IMG/VR virus record: IMGVR_UViG_3300034119_000831
Coordinates: 1-34,359 of that record
Length of the DNA: 34,359 bases
Direction: 5' to 3' (one strand)
Source of the DNA: a virus
Taxonomy: Duplodnaviria > Caudoviricetes
The notes beneath the pieces are model-generated. The model did no database searches, was not told the origin of the DNA, and saw only the letters and a list, made by a program, of their open reading frames with translations. Both the position numbers and the translations under genes were made by a program. This document shows positions 1 to 6,735 of the stretch, piece by piece. The stretch's first letter is position 1. Each line of letters starts with the position of its first letter.

Positions 1-264
1 ACACCCCGACCCATACCCCTCCCACCCCGGGTTTTTGGAGATGGGGTATCCACGCGGCGTCCCGTCGCCCGAAGCCCCCTGCCCCCTCCGGGGTGCCGGG
101 ACGGTCGGGCCGAAACAAGGGATTCCTTGCCCCCCCCCCGGGGGGGCGGGTGGGCACGTCACGTGGGCGGGCGGGTGGGCGGGCAGGCACCCGGGCACGC
201 TACCAGGAAGGCACCCGGCCCGGTGGCGACCGCATCCTCGCCCCGGCGCCGGGCTTGGTGGGCG

Positions 265-370
265 ATTAGGTAGGATTTGCAGGAGGGTGCAAAAAATACC
301 TAATACTAGGGCACCGACCGAATATAATATGCCTTGTGCGCACGCGACCCGGGCGGGGTAGGTACCTACC
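265..370. promoter_or_regulatory. AT-rich patch with TAGGTA/TACCTA inverted repeats and a TATAAT hexamer
   Basis: ATTAGGTA(265-272)..TACCTAAT(297-304) enclosing TTTGCA/TGCAAA; TATAAT 323-328; perfect palindrome GGTAGGTACCTACC 357-370. Confidence 0.45.
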
Positions 371-377
371 GAGCAGG

Positions 378-794
378 CTAGGCGTCGATGGGAGGCACGC
401 CGGGGATGGTCCGGGGATCCGGCGGGAGCGGCTCGACCGTGGACACGTCGGTTGGAGGGAGGGAGAGCATCCTGCGGCGAGACTCGCCACGGGGGCGGGT
501 GGGGAGGGATAGGAGGTCAAGGAGTTGGGAGCGCAGGGCGACGGCGGCTTTGACGAGGCTGGCCACGGCAGCGGGTTCGCCGGTTGGGATTTCCGCCCGC
601 ACCCGCTCATGGAGGGCGAACGCTTCCGCCCGGGCTTGCACGATCAGCTTCGACGGCACCGTGACCCGCTGTGTATGCACGATGGCCTCCGCCCACGCGA
701 CACGGCGTGACAACGCTTTGCGCTCCATTGAGGGGGCCTCTTCGGACAGACTAGGCACGCGGGAAGGATGCCCACCGTTCCACCCGCTGTCCAC
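378..794 (-). CDS. Hypothetical protein, possible terminase small subunit (alternative start 728)
   Basis: Helical, protein-like composition with LLDLLSLPTRPRGESRRR; isolated next to a terminus-like region; function is inference only. Confidence 0.45.
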   Translation of the reverse strand: MDSGWNGGHPSRVPSLSEEAPSMERKALSRRVAWAEAIVHTQRVTVPSKLIVQARAEAFALHERVRAEIPTGEPAAVASLVKAAVALRSQLLDLLSLPTRPRGESRRRMLSLPPTDVSTVEPLPPDPRTIPGVPPIDA

Positions 795-844
795 ACGTTC
801 CCGAGGGTGTTCCCCGCCCCGGGTTCACGCCCTCCCGGGGCGAT

Positions 845-860
845 TGTTCCACGTGGAACA
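845..860. promoter_or_regulatory. parS: parS centromere-like site
   Basis: TGTTCCACGTGGAACA matches the chromosomal parS consensus (TGTTNCACGTGAAACA family); part of an 18-bp perfect palindrome at 844-861; intergenic. Confidence 0.75.
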
Positions 861-866
861 AAACCG

Positions 867-1015
867 TTGACAAGCCCTCGAAAGTGTGCATTCCCCCCGA
901 TGCCCATAAGCACCACAAAAGATTTTTCACGCGAAAACGTGAGGAAAACCGCAGAAAACGGAGGTCCGCAGAAAAAAAGTGTGGACGTTTCTGGAAAGCG
1001 GTTTCTAATGGGGGC
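867..1015 (+). promoter_or_regulatory. Candidate early promoter region
   Basis: TTGACA 867-872; phased GAAAAC tracts at 933, 944, 954; A7 at 972-978; TGGACG(982-987)-16 bp-TCTAAT(1004-1009) just upstream of ATG 1016. Confidence 0.45.
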
Positions 1016-1222
1016 ATGGAACGAAACACGAAACGACAGGACGCCGCCCGGAGCGCATGGCGAGCGGCATGGAAATGGGCGCGCATATCCGGAGACCCTG
1101 AGAACAAGATTGAGGTCCTCGCCGTGGACGCGTGGGACGCTCGCCGCGCTGTGGATGCGTTGCGCATTCCGGTGCGGCGGCGGGCGGTCAACATGGAAAC
1201 CGAACCCCTCCCCCTGCCATGA
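1016..1222 (+). CDS. Small early protein (paralogue 1, ends PLPLP)
   Basis: In-frame ATG inside ORF 884..1222; ATGA overlap with next gene; shares motifs with 1219..1455. Confidence 0.7.
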   Translation: MERNTKRQDAARSAWRAAWKWARISGDPENKIEVLAVDAWDARRAVDALRIPVRRRAVNMETEPLPLP

Positions 1223-1455
1223 ACAAAAGAGGAACCGCCACAGCCCGCGCCCTATGGCGCATCGTTTGGGCGAATGTCCGTCACGAGGCCAAGGACGGCG
1301 GGCACCGGCCGACCCGAGGCGACCGCGCCCGCCGCGTGGCGCTGGACGCGTGGCACGCCCGCCGCGACGGCGTGCCCGGCGACCCGTGGCCCGGCATTCG
1401 CGGCCGGTTGCTCGCCACCGGATGGCGTCCGCTGCCGCCCCTCCCCCTGCCCTGA
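1219..1455 (+). CDS. Small early protein (paralogue 2, ends PLPLP)
   Basis: ATGA-coupled start; motifs ARxxWRxxW, A(V/L)DAWxARR and PLPLP shared with upstream gene. Confidence 0.7.
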   Translation: MNKRGTATARALWRIVWANVRHEAKDGGHRPTRGDRARRVALDAWHARRDGVPGDPWPGIRGRLLATGWRPLPPLPLP

Positions 1456-1489
1456 CACGCGCCGACCGGGAGACCGGGCGGCGAAGTCA

Positions 1490-1526
1490 GGGCCGGATGG
1501 TCCGGCCCGGAATCGAAAGGAACACA
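1490..1526 (+). repeat. Conserved early leader, copy 1 (8-bp stem, TGG loop, AAAGGA, AC-rich spacer)
   Basis: GGGCCGGA-TGG-TCCGGCCC at 1490-1508 followed by AAAGGAACACA-ATG. Confidence 0.65.
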
Positions 1527-1799
1527 ATGACGACAATCGCAAAGGTCGAGAAATGGAAGGCCCTCCGCCCCACGTGGCGCGTCGGCCAAGGACACTGGTT
1601 CATAGGATTCCACGCCGGGAACGTCCTTCACGGTTCCCGAGGGGCCGTGGGAATCTGGGGGAGGAACTCCCGCCAGTATGGGCGGGGGGATGTAATCTCC
1701 CCCAAGAGCGGTTTGTGGCAGGATGAGGAGATTGCCGGGTTTATCCCGGCCCAGCATGGCTCCGGCCTTATGGCGCGACTGATGGGAGGTGCGCGATGA
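1527..1799 (+). CDS. Hypothetical early protein
   Basis: AAAGGA RBS; MTTIAKVEKW...; 3' part of ORF 768..1799. Confidence 0.75.
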   Translation: MTTIAKVEKWKALRPTWRVGQGHWFIGFHAGNVLHGSRGAVGIWGRNSRQYGRGDVISPKSGLWQDEEIAGFIPAQHGSGLMARLMGGAR

Positions 1800-2056
1800 G
1801 GCTAACGAACACCGCACGGGAAACCGTGCTAACCCTACCCGGGTCCCGAGGCCCCCGCCTCACCGGGTTTTTGGACGGCCTGAAGGCCGCAGGCCGGGCA
1901 GTGGACGTGGCCGCAACCGAGGACGGCGCGGGGCGCTGGACCTATCGGGTCCGCTCGGGTGATGCGGAGACGGATTCCGCCGTGCGCGCCTATGGGGCTT
2001 CGCTCGGCGCGCGGGTCGGGGAGCAGGAACTCTTCGGGTGGGAGGTGGGGCGATGA
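1796..2056 (+). CDS. Hypothetical early protein
   Basis: GGAGGTG RBS, ATGA coupling. Confidence 0.75.
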   Translation: MRLTNTARETVLTLPGSRGPRLTGFLDGLKAAGRAVDVAATEDGAGRWTYRVRSGDAETDSAVRAYGASLGARVGEQELFGWEVGR

Positions 2057-2214
2057 GGCCCGCCGACTCCCCGCAGGCCGCCGAGTGGCGCGCCTGGCTG
2101 GCCGTGGTGTACGGGCCGTACCAGACGCCGGGGCGACTCCGGCGCATCGCGTCCCGGATGGCGGACGCCGGGAACAGGGAGGCCGCCCTCCGCTACGTGA
2201 GGGGGCTTCGATGA
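2053..2214 (+). CDS. 53-aa hypothetical protein (not in ORF track)
   Basis: MRPADSPQAAEWRAWLAVVYGPY...; GGAGGTG RBS; ATGA overlap at both ends. Confidence 0.65.
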   Translation: MRPADSPQAAEWRAWLAVVYGPYQTPGRLRRIASRMADAGNREAALRYVRGLR

Positions 2215-2474
2215 GGTCCACGAATCCGACCCGCCGCCCCCGGCCCATGGTGGCCCGGGTCACGATCGAGACGCTGCCCACCGGGGCCATGGTCGCCCGG
2301 GACGACGCCGGGGACGTCTGGGCCTACCGAGCTCCGGGCTCCGGCCGCGATGGCGCCCGGTGGATCCACGGCGCCGCGCGGAGGGTGGCGGCCGTGGTGA
2401 CGTGGGCCACATCGGCGGCGTGCGGGGCCACGGTGGCGGGGTTGCTGGCCGCAGGCGAGGGGGTGGCGCGATGA
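2211..2474 (+). CDS. Hypothetical early protein
   Basis: ATGA coupling at both ends. Confidence 0.6.
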   Translation: MRSTNPTRRPRPMVARVTIETLPTGAMVARDDAGDVWAYRAPGSGRDGARWIHGAARRVAAVVTWATSAACGATVAGLLAAGEGVAR

Positions 2475-2995
2475 AGACCCAATGGGGAGAGTGCCGTTTG
2501 GTGACGCTTCGGGAAACGCCCCCGGATTACATGGCCGACACACCCGACGGCATTGCGGAATACTACCGCCAAGCCATCGCATCGGGGCAGGATTTCCGGC
2601 CAGACCAAGAGGGATTCTGGACAATCATGCTAAACACCCGGCGGAGGGTGTTGGGCCATACCCTGGTGTCCTTCGGCATCGTGGACCAAGTGTTGGTTCA
2701 CACCCGGGAGGTCTTCCGGGCGGCAATCGTCGGAGGCGCGCACGCCGTGGTCCTTGTCCACAATCACCCGAGCGGCGACCCGACGCCGAGCGAGCCAGAC
2801 GTTGGAACCACGCGGCAGCTAGTGCAGGCCGGAAAGCTGCTGAAAATCGAGGTGCTGGATCACCTAATCATGGCCAGCGACTCCCCATGGGATGACGCGC
2901 GGGAGATGGTTGGCCCGGCACCGGACCCGACCAAGCCTCCAACGACGCGCCGCCGACGGTGGTACAGCCTTCGGGCGCTGGGTTACATTAACTAG
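2471..2995 (+). CDS. radC: RadC-like JAB/MPN domain protein
   Basis: E..W..MLNTRRRV, VHTREVFRAAI, HNHPSGDPTPSEPD metal motif, LLKIEVLDHLI; lacks the HhH N-terminus. Confidence 0.92.
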   Translation: MKTQWGECRLVTLRETPPDYMADTPDGIAEYYRQAIASGQDFRPDQEGFWTIMLNTRRRVLGHTLVSFGIVDQVLVHTREVFRAAIVGGAHAVVLVHNHPSGDPTPSEPDVGTTRQLVQAGKLLKIEVLDHLIMASDSPWDDAREMVGPAPDPTKPPTTRRRRWYSLRALGYIN

Positions 2996-3054
2996 GGTCA
3001 ATCGACGGTGGCCCGCCGATGGGAGCGGCGGGCGGCAGTCGGGGAATCCCCCGG

Positions 3055-3097
3055 GGTCCGGCATGGTGCCGGGCCGGAGAGAGAAGGAACACACACG
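3055..3097 (+). repeat. Conserved early leader, copy 2
   Basis: GGTCCGGCA-TGG-TGCCGGGCC at 3055-3075 then AAGGAACACACACG-ATG. Confidence 0.65.
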
Positions 3098-3571
3098 ATG
3101 AACACAGGAACGAACGAGACGAACCCGGCCACCCTGGCCGACATCATCCGCGCGCGGCGCGCGCGGAAGGGCAAGTCCAACGGCATAGACGCCAATGGCG
3201 CGTGGTGGTCGGCGTGGCCGAGTGGGCTCGACCCGCGAATCCGCGCCCATGGCAGCGACGGCATCGGGCACAACGCCGCGCGCACGATCACGACGCTCCG
3301 AGCGCGCCATTACCGCTGTGGCCGCGTGGTGGTCGGCGCGTGGTCTGAGAGCTGGCATCAGAATACCGGCCAGCAGGTGCGTTGGGTACAGATCGACGGG
3401 CTGGCCACGGCGACGACCGCCGAGGACGTCATCGCGACGCTGGCCCGGGCCGGGGATGAATGCTGGCGGGCGTGCCACCGGCCCGCCGTCGAGGCGTGGG
3501 CGGCTGAAATCGGGCTCCCGCTTGCCCCGGCCGCGCCGGATGACGCGCCTGAGGGCGTGGCCGCATCCTGA
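3098..3571 (+). CDS. Hypothetical early protein
   Basis: AAGGA RBS; MNTGTNETNPATLADII... Confidence 0.75.
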   Translation: MNTGTNETNPATLADIIRARRARKGKSNGIDANGAWWSAWPSGLDPRIRAHGSDGIGHNAARTITTLRARHYRCGRVVVGAWSESWHQNTGQQVRWVQIDGLATATTAEDVIATLARAGDECWRACHRPAVEAWAAEIGLPLAPAAPDDAPEGVAAS

Positions 3572-3608
3572 CCGGGTCCCGCCCCCCGGCTCCGGTCGGA
3601 GGGCGTGG

Positions 3609-3644
3609 CCCGGGCATGGTGCCCGGGATGAAAGGAAACACACA
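3609..3644 (+). repeat. Conserved early leader, copy 3
   Basis: CCCGGGCA-TGG-TGCCCGGG at 3609-3627 then AAAGGAAACACACA-ATG. Confidence 0.65.
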
Positions 3645-4019
3645 ATGAACACGCGAAAAATCGAAGAGGCGATGAGGCTTGCCCGGGCGCTCCCCGGATG
3701 GTCCATCCCGGATATCATCTTGGCGCGCAAGTGCGCGGGGAAACTCCATCGCGCCGACGAGGCGAAATGCAACGGCGACGCGTACCTGGACGACGAGACC
3801 GGAGCGTGGCGCGACCGCCACGGCAGGCCATGCAGGAACCCCTATGGGAGGGCGGCGAAGACGCTGGACAACATCACGGCAAGCTACGGCTGGACGTGGC
3901 ACCATCAGAGCGACCCGCGCGGTCGGTCGGTCTATCTGATGTCCCCGGAGCTGCTCCGGAGCATGAAGGCGCGCGGGGTGCCGGTGTATCATGGCTACAG
4001 CCAAGGGGTGGCGCTGTGA
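3645..4019 (+). CDS. Phage hypothetical protein (CNG...DPRG type)
   Basis: AAAGGA RBS; LHRADEAKCNG and QSDPRG motifs resembling a recurrent phage family. Confidence 0.75.
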   Translation: MNTRKIEEAMRLARALPGWSIPDIILARKCAGKLHRADEAKCNGDAYLDDETGAWRDRHGRPCRNPYGRAAKTLDNITASYGWTWHHQSDPRGRSVYLMSPELLRSMKARGVPVYHGYSQGVAL

Positions 4020-4318
4020 GGGCGACACACACCCCGGGGCCGTGGTGGCTCCGACCTGGGAACGGATGCGTCCACGTCGGAGGGCCGACGATCGACAAGC
4101 AAATCGCCCTCGTGATGACGTGCGATGCCGTGGGGCTGGCCAACGCCCGATTGATCAGCCGCGCGCCGGAGATGCTGGACGCCCTGGCCGCGTGCGTTGC
4201 CGCCGGGGAGGATCTGCAGGCGGGCAAGCGCGACGGCGCGACGATGGGTCGTGTGAGTCTGGCGACGGACGCCGCGCGGGCGCTGCTGGCCTTCATCCGC
4301 ACGGAGGCCAAGCCATGA
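4016..4318 (+). CDS. Phage protein with HTPGPW...ANARLI..APE(M/L)L motif
   Basis: GTGA-coupled start; widespread phage early-gene motif. Confidence 0.8.
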   Translation: MRATHTPGPWWLRPGNGCVHVGGPTIDKQIALVMTCDAVGLANARLISRAPEMLDALAACVAAGEDLQAGKRDGATMGRVSLATDAARALLAFIRTEAKP

Positions 4319-4728
4319 CCCTCTATGTTGACCCCAGCCAGCTCCCGGGCCATCGGGTGGCCATCATTCAACCCGTCCCCAAGGGCACGCTCCGCGCGGG
4401 CATGATCGGGGGATCGCCCGTGTCCGCCCTGTCCCTGGACGGGCAAGCCGGGTCGGCGTGGGGCGTGGGGAAAACAGTGCTTTTCGGCCGGTACATCATC
4501 CAGCTACCCGGCTGCGACGACAACCCGCAGGCCCGCGCGGGCCGGTACGTTCACGCCATGCGTTTCCCGGGCACGCTGGACGCATCACGCCTAGGCCACC
4601 TCGCCCGGCGGACCATCGCGGCGACCGGCCACGCCCACGCTTGCGCGCTCGAGGTGGCCGCGACCGAGCACGCGGCGGAGATCGCCGAAATCCTGGACAG
4701 GACCCCGCCGGAGCCTGGCGTTGTTTGA
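4315..4728 (+). CDS. Hypothetical protein
   Basis: GGAGG RBS, ATGA coupling, MTLYVDPSQLPG... Confidence 0.7.
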   Translation: MTLYVDPSQLPGHRVAIIQPVPKGTLRAGMIGGSPVSALSLDGQAGSAWGVGKTVLFGRYIIQLPGCDDNPQARAGRYVHAMRFPGTLDASRLGHLARRTIAATGHAHACALEVAATEHAAEIAEILDRTPPEPGVV

Positions 4729-4796
4729 CGACGTGGCGCGCGCCGTGACAGGACGCGCGCCCAGTCGGGAATCAACCCGAGGAAGGAAAGGAAGAC

Positions 4797-5024
4797 ATGA
4801 AATTCATCGTTACGTTCGCCACCAACGACAAGATCGAGTTGGCCACCATCACCCGACGCAAGGGAGCGATGAGGCTCAAGCGCCTGAAGCCAGCGCAGGC
4901 CCTCGGGTATCACATCCCAGCCTCCAACGACCGCGAACTTGAACGGTGCGCTGACTATCTCTCCGCAGAGACCGCCGCAATTTCGGCGACGTGCATAGGC
5001 TACCGCGTCCACAAGCTCGCCTGA
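4797..5024 (+). CDS. Hypothetical protein
   Basis: AAGGAAAGGAAGAC-ATG RBS. Confidence 0.75.
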   Translation: MKFIVTFATNDKIELATITRRKGAMRLKRLKPAQALGYHIPASNDRELERCADYLSAETAAISATCIGYRVHKLA

Positions 5025-5069
5025 CCATCCGCCCCGCGCCCTCCCCATGGGAAACCGTGGGGAGCACGC

Positions 5070-5105
5070 GGGCCGGATGACCTGGCCCCGAACGAAAGGA
5101 AAACC
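5070..5105 (+). repeat. Conserved early leader, copy 4 (degenerate)
   Basis: GGGCCGGATGACCTGGCCC at 5070-5088 then AAAGGAAAACC-ATG. Confidence 0.55.
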
Positions 5106-5456
5106 ATGCCGAAGAAAACCACACCCGAGACCGAACCCACCCCCGAGGCCACCCCCGAGCTGGCCCCAGCCCCCGAGGCGACCCCGTCCGCCGTCTCCGA
5201 GGCCGCCGCCGCCCTGGGCAGGCGCGCCCGTGGCGTCCCGAAGACGCTCACGGAGGAACGGCGCGAGGAACTCCGCGCCGCCGCCGCCCACGCCCGAGGC
5301 TTCCGGGTGCGCGCACGCCCGGCCCCCGAGGCCACCCCGGCCCCCGATGCCGCGCCACAGCCCCCGACGACGGGCCGCCGGATCACCGCGCGCGTTGTCG
5401 CCCCGCGCATCGTGGCCCCGACCCCCGGCGACGTCGCCGCGTTCGGTCGAGGCTGA
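5106..5456 (+). CDS. Pro/Ala-rich hypothetical protein
   Basis: AAAGGA RBS; PEATP repeats; AAAALGRRARGVPKTLTEERR basic helix. Confidence 0.7.
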   Translation: MPKKTTPETEPTPEATPELAPAPEATPSAVSEAAAALGRRARGVPKTLTEERREELRAAAAHARGFRVRARPAPEATPAPDAAPQPPTTGRRITARVVAPRIVAPTPGDVAAFGRG

Positions 5457-5457
5457 T

Positions 5458-5520
5458 CCGGTCGCCCGCGCGATTCCCGGTCGCCCGCGCGATTCCACGT
5501 TGACAGCACCGGTCGCCCGC
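5458..5520 (+). repeat. Direct repeats CCGGTCGCCCGC(GCGATTC)
   Basis: Two exact 19-bp tandem copies (5458-5476, 5477-5495) plus a 12-bp copy at 5509-5520. Confidence 0.85.
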
Positions 5521-5528
5521 ACTACCGT
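5500..5528 (+). promoter_or_regulatory. Sigma70-type promoter
   Basis: TTGACA(5500-5505)-17 bp-TACCGT(5523-5528). Confidence 0.65.
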
Positions 5529-5534
5529 CGGGCT

Positions 5535-5594
5535 TGTTGGATTGTGTTGTTCGTGTGTTCAGCCCGCCCTCGCAAGGGGGCGGGTTTTCCTTTT
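5535..5594 (+). ncRNA. Candidate ~60-nt G/U-rich small RNA
   Basis: Lies between a promoter and an intrinsic terminator; no credible ORF; unstructured GU-rich 5' part. Confidence 0.5.
5561..5594 (+). terminator. Rho-independent terminator (+)
   Basis: AGCCCGCCCTC-GCAA-GGGGGCGGGTT stem with GNRA loop, followed by TTTTCCTTTT. Confidence 0.8.
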
Positions 5595-5613
5595 CCGGGT
5601 GGAACCCGGGCAC

Positions 5614-5643
5614 GAAAAAGCCCCGGGCCACGCGACCCGGGGC
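5614..5643 (-). terminator. Rho-independent terminator (-)
   Basis: On the minus strand GCCCCGGG-loop-CCCGGGGC then TTTTT, downstream of gene 5674..5868. Confidence 0.75.
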
Positions 5644-5673
5644 CGACGCCCGCCACCTATGCAAGGCTGGCGT

Positions 5674-5868
5674 CTAGGATGTTCGGCGGCGCTTGCGGGC
5701 CTGCGAGAACCCGTCCTCGCCGCGTTCCTGGCGGATCTCGAAGGCGGTTTCGTTTCCGGTCCGCTTGGCCCACGCGCGGAATGCGCGGTCGAAGCGAGCC
5801 TTGTCCGCGCCGGTCCAGCGCACGTCCCCGGCCTCGTCCCAGGCGGTCTTGATGGATGGGCGGTTCAT
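5674..5868 (-). CDS. Hypothetical protein, last gene of the minus-strand operon
   Basis: GAGG RBS; followed by terminator. Confidence 0.65.
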   Translation of the reverse strand: MNRPSIKTAWDEAGDVRWTGADKARFDRAFRAWAKRTGNETAFEIRQERGEDGFSQARKRRRTS

Positions 5869-5912
5869 GGTTGTGGCGCCTCGTCGTCGATGCGGCGTGG
5901 GCGGCGGCTCAT
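5865..5912 (-). CDS. 15-aa bridging mini-ORF MSRRPRRIDDEAPQP
   Basis: ATGA overlaps at both ends; GGAGG upstream. Confidence 0.4.
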   Translation of the reverse strand: MSRRPRRIDDEAPQP

Positions 5913-6478
5913 GGCTTCATCCTCCTGAACTCGACGGCCCAAACCCACGGGTTGGCGGCCCATGTGCCGTAGATGGATTGCCAGAGGTCGTTAAAGCCCT
6001 GCCTGAACGACATCACGCACGGATCGTCAAGGCATCCGGTCGTCGTTGGCGCGCCTTCATTGAATGCGTTTTGGTCCGTGATGTCATGCACCCGCTCAAC
6101 CCAAACGCGGGTGATCTCCAGCGTGATGCGCGAGGCCCAGCGGGGCATGTGGATGGATGGACGCCAGCGAAAGGCGGTTCCGGGTTGCGTTTGCAGTTCG
6201 CGCAAGTCGTTATCGGCACGGTAGCAACAACCATGCGACTGATGCGGATTAAATGGAGCCCACGTCTCCCGCACCCAAAGCCTGTCGCCGGGCTGGCCGA
6301 GGGGGCACAGAAGCGACGCCTCCTTGAGTAGGCCACGACCGAGGATGTTGAGCACCTGCCCCGGCTCCTCGCTACCCCTCAGGTGATGAGGCTTGACCGG
6401 CCGCCGCGTCTGCGTCTTCCGCCCGTCGAGAATGGAGCGGACCATGTCGCCACTGAATAGGATGGGGCGCTCTTTCAT
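5909..6478 (-). CDS. ASCH/PUA-like phage protein
   Basis: MKERPILFS..MVRSILDGRKTQTRR, CPLGQPGDRLWVRETW, WRPSIHMPRWASRITLEI, NPWVWAVEF. Confidence 0.9.
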   Translation of the reverse strand: MKERPILFSGDMVRSILDGRKTQTRRPVKPHHLRGSEEPGQVLNILGRGLLKEASLLCPLGQPGDRLWVRETWAPFNPHQSHGCCYRADNDLRELQTQPGTAFRWRPSIHMPRWASRITLEITRVWVERVHDITDQNAFNEGAPTTTGCLDDPCVMSFRQGFNDLWQSIYGTWAANPWVWAVEFRRMKP

Positions 6479-6735
6479 ACCCTGCCTCCCATCTCCGCCA
6501 ACCACGAATGCCTGGCGGCGTTGGCTTGCGCGCGCGGTGTCCCGGCCCGCCACTCCCCAAACTGCATTTCGTGGTGCATGGCGTTGCCAGCGGCCTCCAG
6601 CCTCCGGATGCGCTCGTTGGCGGCGGCGAGCTCGCGCTCCAGGTCGCGGGCGAAGTGTGATCCGACAACCGAATACCGTCCGCCTTCGCTCAATATCCAT
6701 CTTTCCTGGTCATCCGTCCTTGGCGTGTCGCTCAT
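6475..6735 (-). CDS. Phage hypothetical protein (MSDTPRTD...FARxLERELA)
   Basis: GGAGG RBS, ATGA coupling, recurrent phage motif. Confidence 0.75.
   Translation of the reverse strand: MSDTPRTDDQERWILSEGGRYSVVGSHFARDLERELAAANERIRRLEAAGNAMHHEMQFGEWRAGTPRAQANAARHSWLAEMGGRV

Noticed and set aside
35-361. 108-aa plus-strand ORF
   Set aside because: Low-complexity Pro/Gly/Arg translation across palindromes; no RBS
1490-3627. Triloop hairpins as N4-type virion RNA polymerase promoters
   Set aside because: The template-strand loop would be CCA rather than purine-centred, and no RNA polymerase motif was recognised in the giant protein
3055-3627. Leader hairpins as CsrA/RsmA sites
   Set aside because: Loops are AUGGU and lack the required GGA
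768-4728. Long upstream extensions of ORF-track calls (768, 884, 1132, 1959, 2360, 3008, 3195, 3698, 3991)
   Set aside because: They overlap other genes; internal starts with RBS or ATGA coupling fit better
5025-5070. GC hairpins after early genes as tRNAs or intrinsic terminators
   Set aside because: No cloverleaf or T-loop motif and no U-tract; treated as part of the leader cassettes
5493-5505. TTCCACGTTGACA and CCACGTGG (10311-10318) as extra parS sites
   Set aside because: Only partial matches; the first is explained by the -35 box and the second is coding
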